Source: a virus
Strand: one strand, 5' to 3'
DNA length: 64,000 nt
Virus record (IMG/VR): IMGVR_UViG_3300049893_000724
Coordinates: 32,001 to 96,000 of that record
The position numbers and the translations under genes are program-made. Shown piece after piece: positions 27,953 through 36,737 of the stretch; the first letter of the stretch is position 1, and every line of letters starts with the position of its first letter. The notes under the pieces were generated by a model that saw only the letters and a program-made list of their open reading frames with translations, did no database searches and was not told where the DNA came from.

Positions 27953-28943
27953 TAATACACATATCCTCAACTAATTGTTTAAATGAAGTCTTTGGTTCCC
28001 AACCAAGTTCCTTCTTTGCCTTAGAGGCATCACCCAATAAAGTTTCCACTTCAGCAGGTCGAAAATATTTAGGATCAATTATAACACAAACCAATCCAGT
28101 ATTGCTATCAATACCAACCTCGTCCAGACCTTTACCTTGCCATACAATATTCATACCAAAGTAAGGTGCTGCTTGCTCTACAAACTCACGAACAGAATAC
28201 TGAACACCAGTTGCGACCACATAATCATCAGGTTTATCTTGCTGAAGCATTAACCACATTGCTTCTACAAAGTCTCTAGCGTGTCCCCAATCACGTTTTG
28301 CATTCAGATTACCTAGAGTAAGAACTTCTTGCTTACCTTCGGATATTGCTTTTAGAGCCCTAGTAATCTTACGAGTTACAAATGTTTCACCACGTCTTGG
28401 AGATTCGTGGTTAAAAAGAATACCAGTGCAAGCATACATTCCATATGCTTCACGATAATTCTTTGTAATCCAATATCCATAAATCTTTGCTACACCATAA
28501 GGAGAGCGGGGATAAAAAGGAGTAGTTTCGCGCTGAGGAGTTTCTTGAACAAGACCGTAGAGTTCGCTTGTAGATGCTTGATAGATGCGTACACGGTCTT
28601 CCATACCCAGGAGACGCACTGCTTCAAGAACACGAAGAGTTCCCATAGCATCGACATCAGCAGTATATTCAGGCATCTCAAAGGATACCTTAACGTGACT
28701 CTGAGCACCAAGATTATAAATCTCATCTGGTTGAACTTTTTGTATGACTCTTACTATATTTGTAGAATCTGTTAAATCTCCGTAATGTAACTTAATATTT
28801 TGATACAAATGGTCAATACGATGAGTATTGATTAGGGAAGAGCGCCTGATGATACCGTGAACTTCATAACCTTTTTCTAGAAGAAGTTCAGCAAGGTATG
28901 ATCCATCTTGTCCCGTAATACCTGTGATTAATGCAACTTTCAT
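27942..28943 (-). CDS. gmd: GDP-mannose 4,6-dehydratase
   Basis: [40 protein letters not shown]. Confidence 0.97.
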   Translation of the reverse strand: MKVALITGITGQDGSYLAELLLEKGYEVHGIIRRSSLINTHRIDHLYQNIKLHYGDLTDSTNIVRVIQKVQPDEIYNLGAQSHVKVSFEMPEYTADVDAMGTLRVLEAVRLLGMEDRVRIYQASTSELYGLVQETPQRETTPFYPRSPYGVAKIYGYWITKNYREAYGMYACTGILFNHESPRRGETFVTRKITRALKAISEGKQEVLTLGNLNAKRDWGHARDFVEAMWLMLQQDKPDDYVVATGVQYSVREFVEQAAPYFGMNIVWQGKGLDEVGIDSNTGLVCVIIDPKYFRPAEVETLLGDASKAKKELGWEPKTSFKQLVEDMCINEH

Positions 28944-28946
28944 AAG

Positions 28947-29696
28947 TTATCCTTTATGTCCAAATACCAAAAGATTTGCGTGAATTATTTTTATATTATT
29001 ATTATTCAAATGATGTTTGACGTGAAGTTCATTACACCACCACCCATCCATTTGAATTGATTGTTTGATAATGCCATCAATATGGTGGTAGATTCCACAA
29101 TAAGCATTCATCGATTCTGTTCGTCCTACAGCAAACCAATCGTGTGGCATACCATAAGGTAAACCTGTTGAATGACATAGGATTTCATCTTCTTTTAAAT
29201 TAAGAGCATTGAAATTAATAATTCCGTGTGGAGCAAAATCAAATCTGCACCTAACAACAAAATCATATTCAATGTTATTATCAACCGCGTATTTTTCTTT
29301 TATAAGATTAGACATCATTATACTATAGAACATACTATTTGTCATATTACACAAATACTGCTTACCAACTTCAAGACCACCCTCAACATCTCGAGCCCAT
29401 CCAGGTCCTTCATCAAGTTGTTTTTCTGTTATTTCATAACTTCTTTTCCAAATCTTTGGTTTTTCAACCATCATTCCTTTTGGTTGATAAAGGTTCTTAA
29501 TTTTATCAATCGCGTCTGCAGAGAAAGTCTTATGAGTTCTGTCTGGAATGACGGAATTATGACTTAAGTTATTAGGATCCCACCAAGTATGAACGAAAAC
29601 ATCAACATCATTACCATCAAGAATAGTTTGTTTTATGATAGGATGAATGATATCAATATCTCTGGGTTGCCCAGAAAAACAAAGTGCAATTTTCAT
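28947..29696 (-). CDS. Hypothetical protein, probable glycan-modifying enzyme
   Basis: MKIALCFSGQPR, YDFVVRCRFD, DWFAVG. Confidence 0.65.
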   Translation of the reverse strand: MKIALCFSGQPRDIDIIHPIIKQTILDGNDVDVFVHTWWDPNNLSHNSVIPDRTHKTFSADAIDKIKNLYQPKGMMVEKPKIWKRSYEITEKQLDEGPGWARDVEGGLEVGKQYLCNMTNSMFYSIMMSNLIKEKYAVDNNIEYDFVVRCRFDFAPHGIINFNALNLKEDEILCHSTGLPYGMPHDWFAVGRTESMNAYCGIYHHIDGIIKQSIQMDGWWCNELHVKHHLNNNNIKIIHANLLVFGHKG

Positions 29697-30469
29697 TAGA
29701 ATCCCTCCTCATCCCAACCTTCATTTGCCGAATCAAATGGCAGACAGTATATATTTCTTTTTGGCCAAATCATATGAACATCTCTTCTAGGAAATGATTT
29801 GAAATATTTTGGAGTAACTTCATCACTCACTTTTTTTGCCTCGTTCCAATTTGGTGATTGATCATAAAGATATTGATTCTCATTATCAACCATTTTTTTC
29901 ACTCTCTCATCAAATCTACTGCAATAATGAGCGCCAATATAAGTCTCTGGGCGAGTAAATAAATTCATCGCTCCGCTATAGTTGCTACTATTGATTCCCA
30001 TTCTTTCACAAACTTCATTAACTTCGTGAGGGGGATCAAAGAGGTTTATCATATCATTTCGATATCCCCAATAGACCCAATCCTTTGGATGAAAAAGATG
30101 ATGAAAATGATTTCCAACTACAAAGATTCTTCTGTCTTTTAAGTTGCTCATAAAAAAATCATACATCTGCTCAATCCCCTCCAGATTAAACAATTGATCA
30201 CTACGAAATTTTGCAACTAAATTTGAACTTGTTCTTTTAACACCAGCAAGTGATGTAGTCAGTTGCAAGTTTACATTTGCTGGACCAGGATATTTTTGAT
30301 ACGAGGGACTTCTAACAAACTCTACTTTATCAGAAAATACGGATTGATCTTTATCAATTTCCCAACAAGAAACAATAATCTTATCTACAAAAGATAATTT
30401 TATATAAGAAGAAATTACCTCATCAGTAAAGTCGGTATATGGACCCTGTACAATAAGATCTATTGTCAT
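29696..30469 (-). CDS. WavE-like LPS synthesis protein
   Basis: LIVQGP, IIVSCW, AKFRSDQ, PETYI. Confidence 0.6.
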   Translation of the reverse strand: MTIDLIVQGPYTDFTDEVISSYIKLSFVDKIIVSCWEIDKDQSVFSDKVEFVRSPSYQKYPGPANVNLQLTTSLAGVKRTSSNLVAKFRSDQLFNLEGIEQMYDFFMSNLKDRRIFVVGNHFHHLFHPKDWVYWGYRNDMINLFDPPHEVNEVCERMGINSSNYSGAMNLFTRPETYIGAHYCSRFDERVKKMVDNENQYLYDQSPNWNEAKKVSDEVTPKYFKSFPRRDVHMIWPKRNIYCLPFDSANEGWDEEGF

Positions 30470-30912
30470 ACAAATCCAGGATAATCTGTACAAACGCCAT
30501 AGGCATTATCAAAGAAAGTCGTATTTGTCAGTCCAAGAATATCTTCTTTAGATAAAAGTGGGATAATTGTATTATCATCAATTTTTTGTGTGAGATCGTG
30601 CAACCATATCTTTCCAGTTGAAGTATATGTAAAAGGATCTCCAGTATGGCAAAACGAATGATATGCCCAACATTCGACTGCTGCTTCAAGATTTTTACAA
30701 TGAATCCAGAGATAGTGCCGACGTTTGTCTAACCAATTATGATCAACTTTGTATTGGGGTTCATCGTGCCCTAACCACAACTCACCATTGATTGATCGGA
30801 TATCAATTTCAACATCATATCCACAACCAATAGCACAATCAATGTAACTGGGTCTGTTCTCTTTATCTAGAACAGGACCCTTAATGTTTCCGCGATGAGA
30901 TATAAGTTTCAT
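30466..30912 (-). CDS. Glycerophosphodiester phosphodiesterase-like protein
   Basis: ISHRGN, VEIDIR, LGHD, GVCTDY. Confidence 0.7.
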   Translation of the reverse strand: MKLISHRGNIKGPVLDKENRPSYIDCAIGCGYDVEIDIRSINGELWLGHDEPQYKVDHNWLDKRRHYLWIHCKNLEAAVECWAYHSFCHTGDPFTYTSTGKIWLHDLTQKIDDNTIIPLLSKEDILGLTNTTFFDNAYGVCTDYPGFV

Positions 30913-31220
30913 AGTTCTTCAATTCTCAATGATTTATCTTCAATAAACAAATCATAAAAAGGTTTATCTGCTCTTAGCTCATGGTACTTTGCGCCCCAAG
31001 CATTAAGTTGATCTCTAGTAAGTTCAGTCCAGTCGTTTTGCCTTCTACTTCCACGAGCAGTCCAATAAACAATAGTATGACCCTCATCATAAAGTTTATT
31101 GATCTTATCTATGTTTTCTGGAATTGGTTTTGCTTTAGTATAGTCGTGCTTTGTTCCAAAATCTACAGAGGTTTCTCGATGACAAATAGTTTCATCAATA
31201 TCAACATAAATGACTTTCAT
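30909..31220 (-). CDS. Small HAD-superfamily phosphatase (capsule-biosynthesis type)
   Basis: YVDIDETIC, WTARG, KPFYDLFIEDK. Confidence 0.8.
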   Translation of the reverse strand: MKVIYVDIDETICHRETSVDFGTKHDYTKAKPIPENIDKINKLYDEGHTIVYWTARGSRRQNDWTELTRDQLNAWGAKYHELRADKPFYDLFIEDKSLRIEEL

Positions 31221-31897
31221 TGATACAGTGTTCTCCTATAGTTTTCATTTGGGCAGGTATCGACATCAGCAACTTCTTGTTTGGTCAGAAACTTAACTCC
31301 ACCTAGAAGTTTTGCTCCAACAAAAATATCAGCAGATTTTTCACACATTAAAGTTGCAGCAGCGCAATCTTTCTTAGATGCAGATGCTGTAATTATACCA
31401 TGATTTTGTAGTAAGATCAACTTAGGAAAAAATCCTTCGTGATTCACGAATGCAGAGACGTGTTTTTCAACTAACTTCAAAATTGCTTGTCCAGGAGGAG
31501 CATAAGGAACCACACAGGACTTTGTACCATTTCTAACAATTTGATCAGGGAACCAACGATGATTTGCAAACTGATATAACTGACTTGAACAAAGAATTTT
31601 TGTGGTGTGTGGTGGATGAGTATGTGCAATAAAATTAACTTCTGGAAAAGTCTTCATAATCCAAGCGTGAAAAGAAGTTTCAATACTTGGTTTCTTATGA
31701 AGAAGTTCTATCTGTGCTCCATTAGTATTGCATAAGGTCAAATCTTCTTCAGAGAGTGTGTGGAGACTTGTTCCACTTGCCTTAATCAAAAAAGTATTTT
31801 CATCTTGGCGCATAGAAACATTTCCTTCACCACAAATGGTGTATTCACATATTTCATGAGCTAAATCTAAAAGTTCGTTAGTTTGTAAAATAGTCAT
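31217..31897 (-). CDS. Class II aldolase/adducin family protein
   Basis: EGNVSMR, KASG, PSIETSFH, HTHP, LLQNHG. Confidence 0.85.
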   Translation of the reverse strand: MTILQTNELLDLAHEICEYTICGEGNVSMRQDENTFLIKASGTSLHTLSEEDLTLCNTNGAQIELLHKKPSIETSFHAWIMKTFPEVNFIAHTHPPHTTKILCSSQLYQFANHRWFPDQIVRNGTKSCVVPYAPPGQAILKLVEKHVSAFVNHEGFFPKLILLQNHGIITASASKKDCAAATLMCEKSADIFVGAKLLGGVKFLTKQEVADVDTCPNENYRRTLYQ

Positions 31898-33437
31898 TTT
31901 CGTAAGAGTAAGGATGCCAGTCTACTTTATTAAAAAATGTTTGCCAATACTGATATGTTTTTAAATCGTTTGGTGTTCCCCAACAAATATATTCATCGAT
32001 TTCAAAGTTTTTAACTTTATAACCAAGATCTATTGATTCATTCAAAAGACTATCTATATAAAATTCCCCATTCACTCTAACATTATTTTTATATAAACTC
32101 TCAAGAGATTTCAAATATATTTCTTTATTTCTAAAGAACATAGTTCCAACTACTGCATACTCTTCAATTGGATTTTCCCAAATAAAATCTTTAACATAAA
32201 CATTTTTTACATATCCTTGATCATCAACATCTAACCAAGAATACATATTTGGATTATAGAAACTAGTGTAATTTTGTCGATAACTCCAAACAATCACATC
32301 ATTATTAATATCTTCAACTAAAGAGAAAAATTTATCAACATCATAAAGCATTCCATTATCACACGCTGATACTAGAATTGAAGAATCTGCATTTACAACT
32401 TCAACTAATTTTTCAGTAGTACACGCCTGGCCAGGAAGAACTCCATCAATCCACAAAACCTCTCCTGCTGGATGTGGCGCTGTCTGTTCTCTCAAACAAG
32501 CATAGATTGTCCTATCAGTTTTGGGTAAACAGCGAACTGCTTGCTCAAACATATTCCTGCCATTTACGGGAATAAATGGTTTTGGTTGCTCATAACCTTC
32601 TTTAGAAAATCTACTACCAGCACCTGCCATAGGAAAAACTAGAGTGCAATTTTCTAGTCTAACTTCTTTCTGACCTTCTAATGCTTTTCTATAATAATTA
32701 GACCACTTCAAATACATATCAAGATCTAATGGCGTTCCCCACTGCAGCATATGAGGAACTTCATAAACTAATGATGTTAAATTATTTTTACAGAGGAGAT
32801 TATAAATTAAACTTACATAATATTCGCCATTCAAGTTAACATCATCATTCATCATTTCTTGGAAGAATCTTTTAACATATTCTCCTCTTCTAAAGTAATA
32901 AGTTCCAGTAGAAGCAAACTCAGACATTTTATCGTCTGTGAATGGTTGCTTTTCGCGGACCTCTAATATCTTATTGTTTTCATCAACCTTACAAAATGCA
33001 TAATTATCACTACCCAACATATGTGGATGAAATCCAGTATAGCAAATTACGCACCCATCACACTGAGTTTCATTTACAAATTTTTCAAAGTCTTGGTAGT
33101 CCCAATACATTGAAAAATCACAGTAATTAATTACAACTTGTTCATCATCTTCAATTTCATCAAAAATGTGAGATACTGTATAAACAGGTCCAAACTTATG
33201 AGATGGGATAACAAAAACTTTTTTGTTCTCACATATATTTTCTAATAAATTTAGAACATCAGTTTCTTCTGAGTTCTTATCATTTACAATGAATATGAAT
33301 TCAGAATCTTTTGGATACAGATCTACAATATGTTGAATTACAGTTTTTCCATCTATTTCTAACAAATACTTTGGCAGTTGATATCCAGCTCTAGAAAATC
33401 TACTGCTCATCCCAGACATGGGAATAATAATTTTCAT
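31878..33437 (-). CDS. Tandem sugar-nucleotidyltransferase (two NTP-transferase domains)
   Basis: IIPMSGMSSRF...PK and second copy VFPMAGAGSRF...PK; each domain has GE(Y/F)Y and WGTP. Confidence 0.85.
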   Translation of the reverse strand: MKIIIPMSGMSSRFSRAGYQLPKYLLEIDGKTVIQHIVDLYPKDSEFIFIVNDKNSEETDVLNLLENICENKKVFVIPSHKFGPVYTVSHIFDEIEDDEQVVINYCDFSMYWDYQDFEKFVNETQCDGCVICYTGFHPHMLGSDNYAFCKVDENNKILEVREKQPFTDDKMSEFASTGTYYFRRGEYVKRFFQEMMNDDVNLNGEYYVSLIYNLLCKNNLTSLVYEVPHMLQWGTPLDLDMYLKWSNYYRKALEGQKEVRLENCTLVFPMAGAGSRFSKEGYEQPKPFIPVNGRNMFEQAVRCLPKTDRTIYACLREQTAPHPAGEVLWIDGVLPGQACTTEKLVEVVNADSSILVSACDNGMLYDVDKFFSLVEDINNDVIVWSYRQNYTSFYNPNMYSWLDVDDQGYVKNVYVKDFIWENPIEEYAVVGTMFFRNKEIYLKSLESLYKNNVRVNGEFYIDSLLNESIDLGYKVKNFEIDEYICWGTPNDLKTYQYWQTFFNKVDWHPYSYENDYFTN

Positions 33438-33463
33438 AGATAAAATTTTTCTTTATAATATGT

Positions 33464-33501
33464 ATTATACAAAAAAAGAGGAGTTTATACAACTCCTCTT
33501 T
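33464..33501 (-). terminator. Terminator with embedded promoter at the head of the glycosylation island
   Basis: AAGAGGAGTT/AACTCCTCTT stem + T-run; TTGTAT (33492-33487), 17 nt, TATAAT (33469-33464). Confidence 0.7.
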
Positions 33502-33504
33502 GAA

Positions 33505-33630
33505 ATTCAGGCTCGCCACTTGTTCTTTAACTGGAAACAAGAAACCAGGCGGGGTTGCCCCATCCGCACCACTTGCTCTTGAGAGAAGCAAGAAACTCAT
33601 AGGGGTCATTTTGACTCCACCACTTGATTT
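33505..33630 (-). ncRNA. manA/wcaG-like structured RNA
   Basis: Three CAAGTGGYG repeats, two GTTTCTTG..CAAG hairpin units and a GGGG-CAA-CCCC hairpin, upstream of nucleotide-sugar genes. Family name is from memory, not a search. Confidence 0.55.
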
Positions 33631-33857
33631 TAAGAAACCAAGAAAAGTTGGGATAGTTTTGATATCTCGGAAATACCAAAGAACGCGCACAAGAATAGCA
33701 CATCCCAAAGTTTAAGTTTGATTGCAAAAGGTACTGTGAGTAAACCTCCAATACATTTTAACAACAAACCATTTTTAAAATCTCCCCATAGCATGATTTG
33801 GTAACCAATAACGAGAAGAATATTTCCAATCCACCGAAGTAAATCAGATTTTGCCAT
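33630..33857 (-). CDS. Small multi-pass membrane protein
   Basis: ORF track; three hydrophobic segments. Confidence 0.7.
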   Translation of the reverse strand: MAKSDLLRWIGNILLVIGYQIMLWGDFKNGLLLKCIGGLLTVPFAIKLKLWDVLFLCAFFGISEISKLSQLFLVS

Positions 33858-33883
33858 AAGGGGTTTGCTCCCGACCAGTGCTG

Positions 33884-34129
33884 TTATAGACCATCCGTGT
33901 CTTCATCATCTCGTACATAACAAGGAACTCTATCTGGATCTAACCATTTCGCATATTCAATATCCTCCATTGCAGTAGAACATTGTAGAACATTATCAAA
34001 AAGATAAATGTCATTCCAGCGTTTGGTGTATTCGTTTTGCTTTTGCATACGGTAATCAGGTTTACCGTTGATTTCAAGGATACCTGCTTCAACAAAACGG
34101 TATCCTTCACGTTCCAGAAGAACTTTCAT
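33884..34129 (-). CDS. Hypothetical protein
   Basis: ORF track. Confidence 0.75.
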   Translation of the reverse strand: MKVLLEREGYRFVEAGILEINGKPDYRMQKQNEYTKRWNDIYLFDNVLQCSTAMEDIEYAKWLDPDRVPCYVRDDEDTDGL

Positions 34130-34341
34130 TATGCCTCAACTGTTTCAAGATCACTAGCGACGTATTCCATAAGCATCTCATAATCATCCAGAGGATCACC
34201 AGAAAATACTACACCTTCGTTCTCATAGTACCGACGAACCTTTTTGTAGAGTTTCGGATTCTTTACATCAAGGTAGAACTCGCCATTTGCGGCACCACGA
34301 AGGGTTTGAACGTCTTTCTTGAATTTTGCTGTGAGAGTCAT
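34129..34341 (-). CDS. Hypothetical protein
   Basis: ORF track; TTGACA-18-TATAAT upstream (34393-34364). Confidence 0.75.
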   Translation of the reverse strand: MTLTAKFKKDVQTLRGAANGEFYLDVKNPKLYKKVRRYYENEGVVFSGDPLDDYEMLMEYVASDLETVEA

Positions 34342-34394
34342 TGTTTTGAATGTTGACCTTAGTATTATAAGGGTTTGACAGGGTTTCTGTCAAG

Positions 34395-34467
34395 TGCTCC
34401 CTGCGAGGATCGAACTCGCCTATATCCGATTATGAGTCGGGTGCTTTCACCAGATAGCTAAAGGAGC
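34395..34467 (-). tRNA. tRNA with CAT anticodon (Ile2 or elongator Met)
   Basis: GCTCCTTTAGCTATCTGG...CCGA-CT-CAT-AA-TCGG...GTTCGATC...GGAGCA cloverleaf. Confidence 0.85.
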
Positions 34468-34471
34468 AAGG

Positions 34472-34543
34472 TAGGACCGCAGAGAATTGAACTCCGTTCA
34501 CACCGTTATAAGCAGTGGGCCTTAACCAATAGGCGACGATCCC
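34472..34543 (-). tRNA. tRNA-Ile(TAT)
   Basis: GGGATCG...CACTG-CT-TAT-AA-CGGTG...GTTCAATT...CGGTCCTA. Confidence 0.88.
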
Positions 34544-34551
34544 TTGCTAAA

Positions 34552-34782
34552 TTATGAACCTTCTTCGTGGTCAGTGTGAAGACGTATAAGTTCGTCATCC
34601 ACAACTGAATCCACTGCAAGTTTTATAGTTTCATTATAAGGGACTATTACTGCGTTCCTTTCTCCGTCTGTTATGATAAATGATTCTCCATTCTCAACTC
34701 TTTCTATCAGAGTATCAAAATTTGCTTGAAACTCTTCGACTGTAAATTTTTGGAGGTCCGTAATTTCTGGATACATTTTCAT
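34552..34782 (-). CDS. Phd/YefM antitoxin-like protein
   Basis: FTVEEFQANFDTLIERVENGESFIITDGERNAVIVP resembles the Phd N-terminal pattern; start trimmed to avoid tRNA-Pro. Confidence 0.6.
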   Translation of the reverse strand: MKMYPEITDLQKFTVEEFQANFDTLIERVENGESFIITDGERNAVIVPYNETIKLAVDSVVDDELIRLHTDHEEGS

Positions 34783-34799
34783 AAAGTGAAGTTTATGAG

Positions 34800-34873
34800 T
34801 CGGAATGACAGGATTCGAACCTGCGACATCTCGCTCCCAAAGCGAGTGCTCTACCAAACTGAGCTACATTCCG
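34800..34873 (-). tRNA. tRNA-Pro(TGG)
   Basis: CGGAATGTAGCTCAGTTTGG...CTCGC-TT-TGG-GA-GCGAG...GTTCGAATC. Confidence 0.95.
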
Positions 34874-35032
34874 TTATCTTTTAGTATAATAGCACTCGGT
34901 CTTTACGCTGTCAAGTCTATTCTTTTGTATTATGTATGAAAGCAATTCCCATAATGGGTAGAACAATAATACCAAATCCACAAGCACCTAACCAAATAGG
35001 ACTTGCTGCTAAAACTTCTACTAAGTGCAACA

Positions 35033-35251
35033 TTAGTATCCTCTCCAGGTTTTAAATTCGTGGTAAAAATATTGATCTACTGTATTATCCAGTGGGGCAT
35101 TATCTTCCCTATGTGCCCATTCTACACAAAATTCTACAATACGTCTATCGTGAAGTGAAGTGTGTCCCCACATTCTCACAAATGCTGATGCAGCAAAGTG
35201 GTATCTTTGTTTAGTGTGCGGTTCCATTTCCCTTATAATCTTTGGAGTCAT
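35033..35251 (-). CDS. Hypothetical protein (probable start MEPHTK, within ORF)
   Basis: ORF track. Confidence 0.6.
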   Translation of the reverse strand: MTPKIIREMEPHTKQRYHFAASAFVRMWGHTSLHDRRIVEFCVEWAHREDNAPLDNTVDQYFYHEFKTWRGY

Positions 35252-35333
35252 AGTATCCTCCTCGTGTTCCGAAATAGAGTGTTGCTAAAACAAAAGGAAC
35301 TGAAGCAAATAACAATAGTTTTCCCAATAACAT
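35211..35333 (-). CDS. ndhP: NDH-1 complex small subunit NdhP homologue (40 aa)
   Basis: MLLGKLLLFASVPFVLATLYFGTRGGYYDSKDYKGNGTAH*; one TM helix then FGTR.G.YD...Y.GNG.AH, matching the NdhP C-terminus as I recall it. TGATG overlap with PTOX. Not in the ORF track. Confidence 0.82.
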   Translation of the reverse strand: MLLGKLLLFASVPFVLATLYFGTRGGYYDSKDYKGNGTAH

Positions 35334-35833
35334 CAGACCATCTCCATTGCTCTTGAGAGTTCAATATAATGGTTCATCTCATCCACTGCGATCTCAGCGA
35401 TCTTGGTGTCCTCCTGATGGTCCCACAAGTAGTTGATATAAGTTTCGGTTGCGTGAAACTCAATCCCAGCATTCAAGTGATAAGCAGAAACGGGAGCAAT
35501 AAAATAATAACCCACCAAAATCCAATAATAGATGAGAACCAAATGATAAGCGAAAAAGCGATCAATCCAGCGATCTGCTCCGCCACGATGCTCCATTTCA
35601 ATAAGGTGTTCCGTTTCATTTAAGGTCTGTGCAAAGTGTTCTTTCATCAAATAATAATGAGATAAGTCTCTGAGTCCTAGTGATTCTTTGAGATGAAGCA
35701 CACTTACAAAAGCAAAGTAAGGTGCTCTGGCAATGGTCTCTAAAACCCAGAACCTTTGAATAGGAAAGTCACGATACAGAAAGTCAATGATTGATATCGT
35801 GACTGTTAGTATTGTATCGTTAAACTTTTTCAT
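35333..35833 (-). CDS. ptox: Plastoquinol terminal oxidase (PTOX)
   Basis: RFWVLETIARAPYF, NETEHL, EFHATETY, DEMNH di-iron ligands. Confidence 0.93.
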   Translation of the reverse strand: MKKFNDTILTVTISIIDFLYRDFPIQRFWVLETIARAPYFAFVSVLHLKESLGLRDLSHYYLMKEHFAQTLNETEHLIEMEHRGGADRWIDRFFAYHLVLIYYWILVGYYFIAPVSAYHLNAGIEFHATETYINYLWDHQEDTKIAEIAVDEMNHYIELSRAMEMV

Positions 35834-35919
35834 TGTGGATATGCGTGATTAAGTCCCCAGATAATAAAAAGTCCAATCGCACCAAAAAGTGTCATTGCTG
35901 TGTAGATAGTTTTACTCAT
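35830..35919 (-). CDS. Small membrane peptide (29 aa)
   Basis: MSKTIYTAMTLFGAIGLFIIWGLNHAYPQ*; ATGA overlap with the PTOX start. Confidence 0.55.
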   Translation of the reverse strand: MSKTIYTAMTLFGAIGLFIIWGLNHAYPQ

Positions 35920-36202
35920 CTTCTTCGTCCTCGTAAGTAGATGGTTCTTCGAATAGTTCGTCTATCTTTTGTTGTAAAACTCTGCGTTGTAGTTGTTCGA
36001 TATCTTCTTCGGTGATTCTTAACACTAGTAACGGGTCTCCTGGTTTAACGTCGTTTAACTCTGGATGTTTTACTTTTGGACTTTTAGAATACCCATATTG
36101 AGCATTCATAATCATCCAACCTTGCACAATCATTGAGAGTGCGATACCCACAAGTACAAACCAAGGAACTAAAAATATTAGTGGAGTGTAATGTTGAGCC
36201 AT
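35912..36202 (-). CDS. Membrane-anchored hypothetical protein
   Basis: N-terminal TM, KHPELND..PGDPLLVL. Confidence 0.7.
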   Translation of the reverse strand: MAQHYTPLIFLVPWFVLVGIALSMIVQGWMIMNAQYGYSKSPKVKHPELNDVKPGDPLLVLRITEEDIEQLQRRVLQQKIDELFEEPSTYEDEEDE

Positions 36203-36381
36203 GGGAACACAGGTGGAATGACCCCTATGAGTCTTAGTAATCCCTCAGCAAATAAAGCAAGAACCACCCAACCGACGCACATACTAATGATAGAAGCATT
36301 ACGGTTGTGTCTTCTGATAGCATCATCGATCATCTCCTGAACTTCAGAACGTGTAATAAACTCTTCTTGTTCGTGCATCAT
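36178..36381 (-). CDS. Small membrane hypothetical protein
   Basis: ORF track; C-terminal TM. Confidence 0.7.
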   Translation of the reverse strand: MMHEQEEFITRSEVQEMIDDAIRRHNRNASIISMCVGWVVLALFAEGLLRLIGVIPPVFPWLNITLH

Positions 36382-36527
36382 TTCTCGTCTCCAAGAAATT
36401 TTGCGAGAGGATCTCTTTTGGTTTTTAAAATTTCACACGCTCTATAGTAAAACATATTGTTGGTGTTGCCAGAAGCTTCAAAAGTTGCCTTGATCTTCAC
36501 CCAGTTATCATAGGTGTGTTGATCCAT
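36378..36527 (-). CDS. Small hypothetical protein (49 aa)
   Basis: Manual translation MDQHTYDNWVKIKATFEASGNTNNMFYYRACEIL...; ATGA-coupled. Confidence 0.6.
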   Translation of the reverse strand: MDQHTYDNWVKIKATFEASGNTNNMFYYRACEILKTKRDPLAKFLGDEK

Positions 36528-36641
36528 GAGGTTTATACTTGTGATACTACTATATACTAGTCACAAGTATTTCACAGTCAACATTTTGTGTTCATTACGT
36601 AACACTGTTGAAGAAAATGTTAAATTTGTAACTTATCTAAA

Positions 36642-36726
36642 CGGAAAGGGTGGGATTCGAACCCACGGATGCTTTCACATCGCTAGTTTTCAAGACTAGA
36701 GCCTTCAACCACTCGACCACCTTTCC
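36642..36726 (-). tRNA. tRNA-Ser(TGA)
   Basis: GGAAAGGTGGTCGAGTGG...CTAGT-CT-TGA-AA-ACTAG, long variable arm. Confidence 0.95.
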
Positions 36727-36737
36727 AGTGGGGAGGT

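Noticed and set aside
33400-33751. ORFs 33400-33708, 33500-33715 and 33527-33751
   Set aside because: They overlap the structured RNA and terminator; better explained as non-coding.
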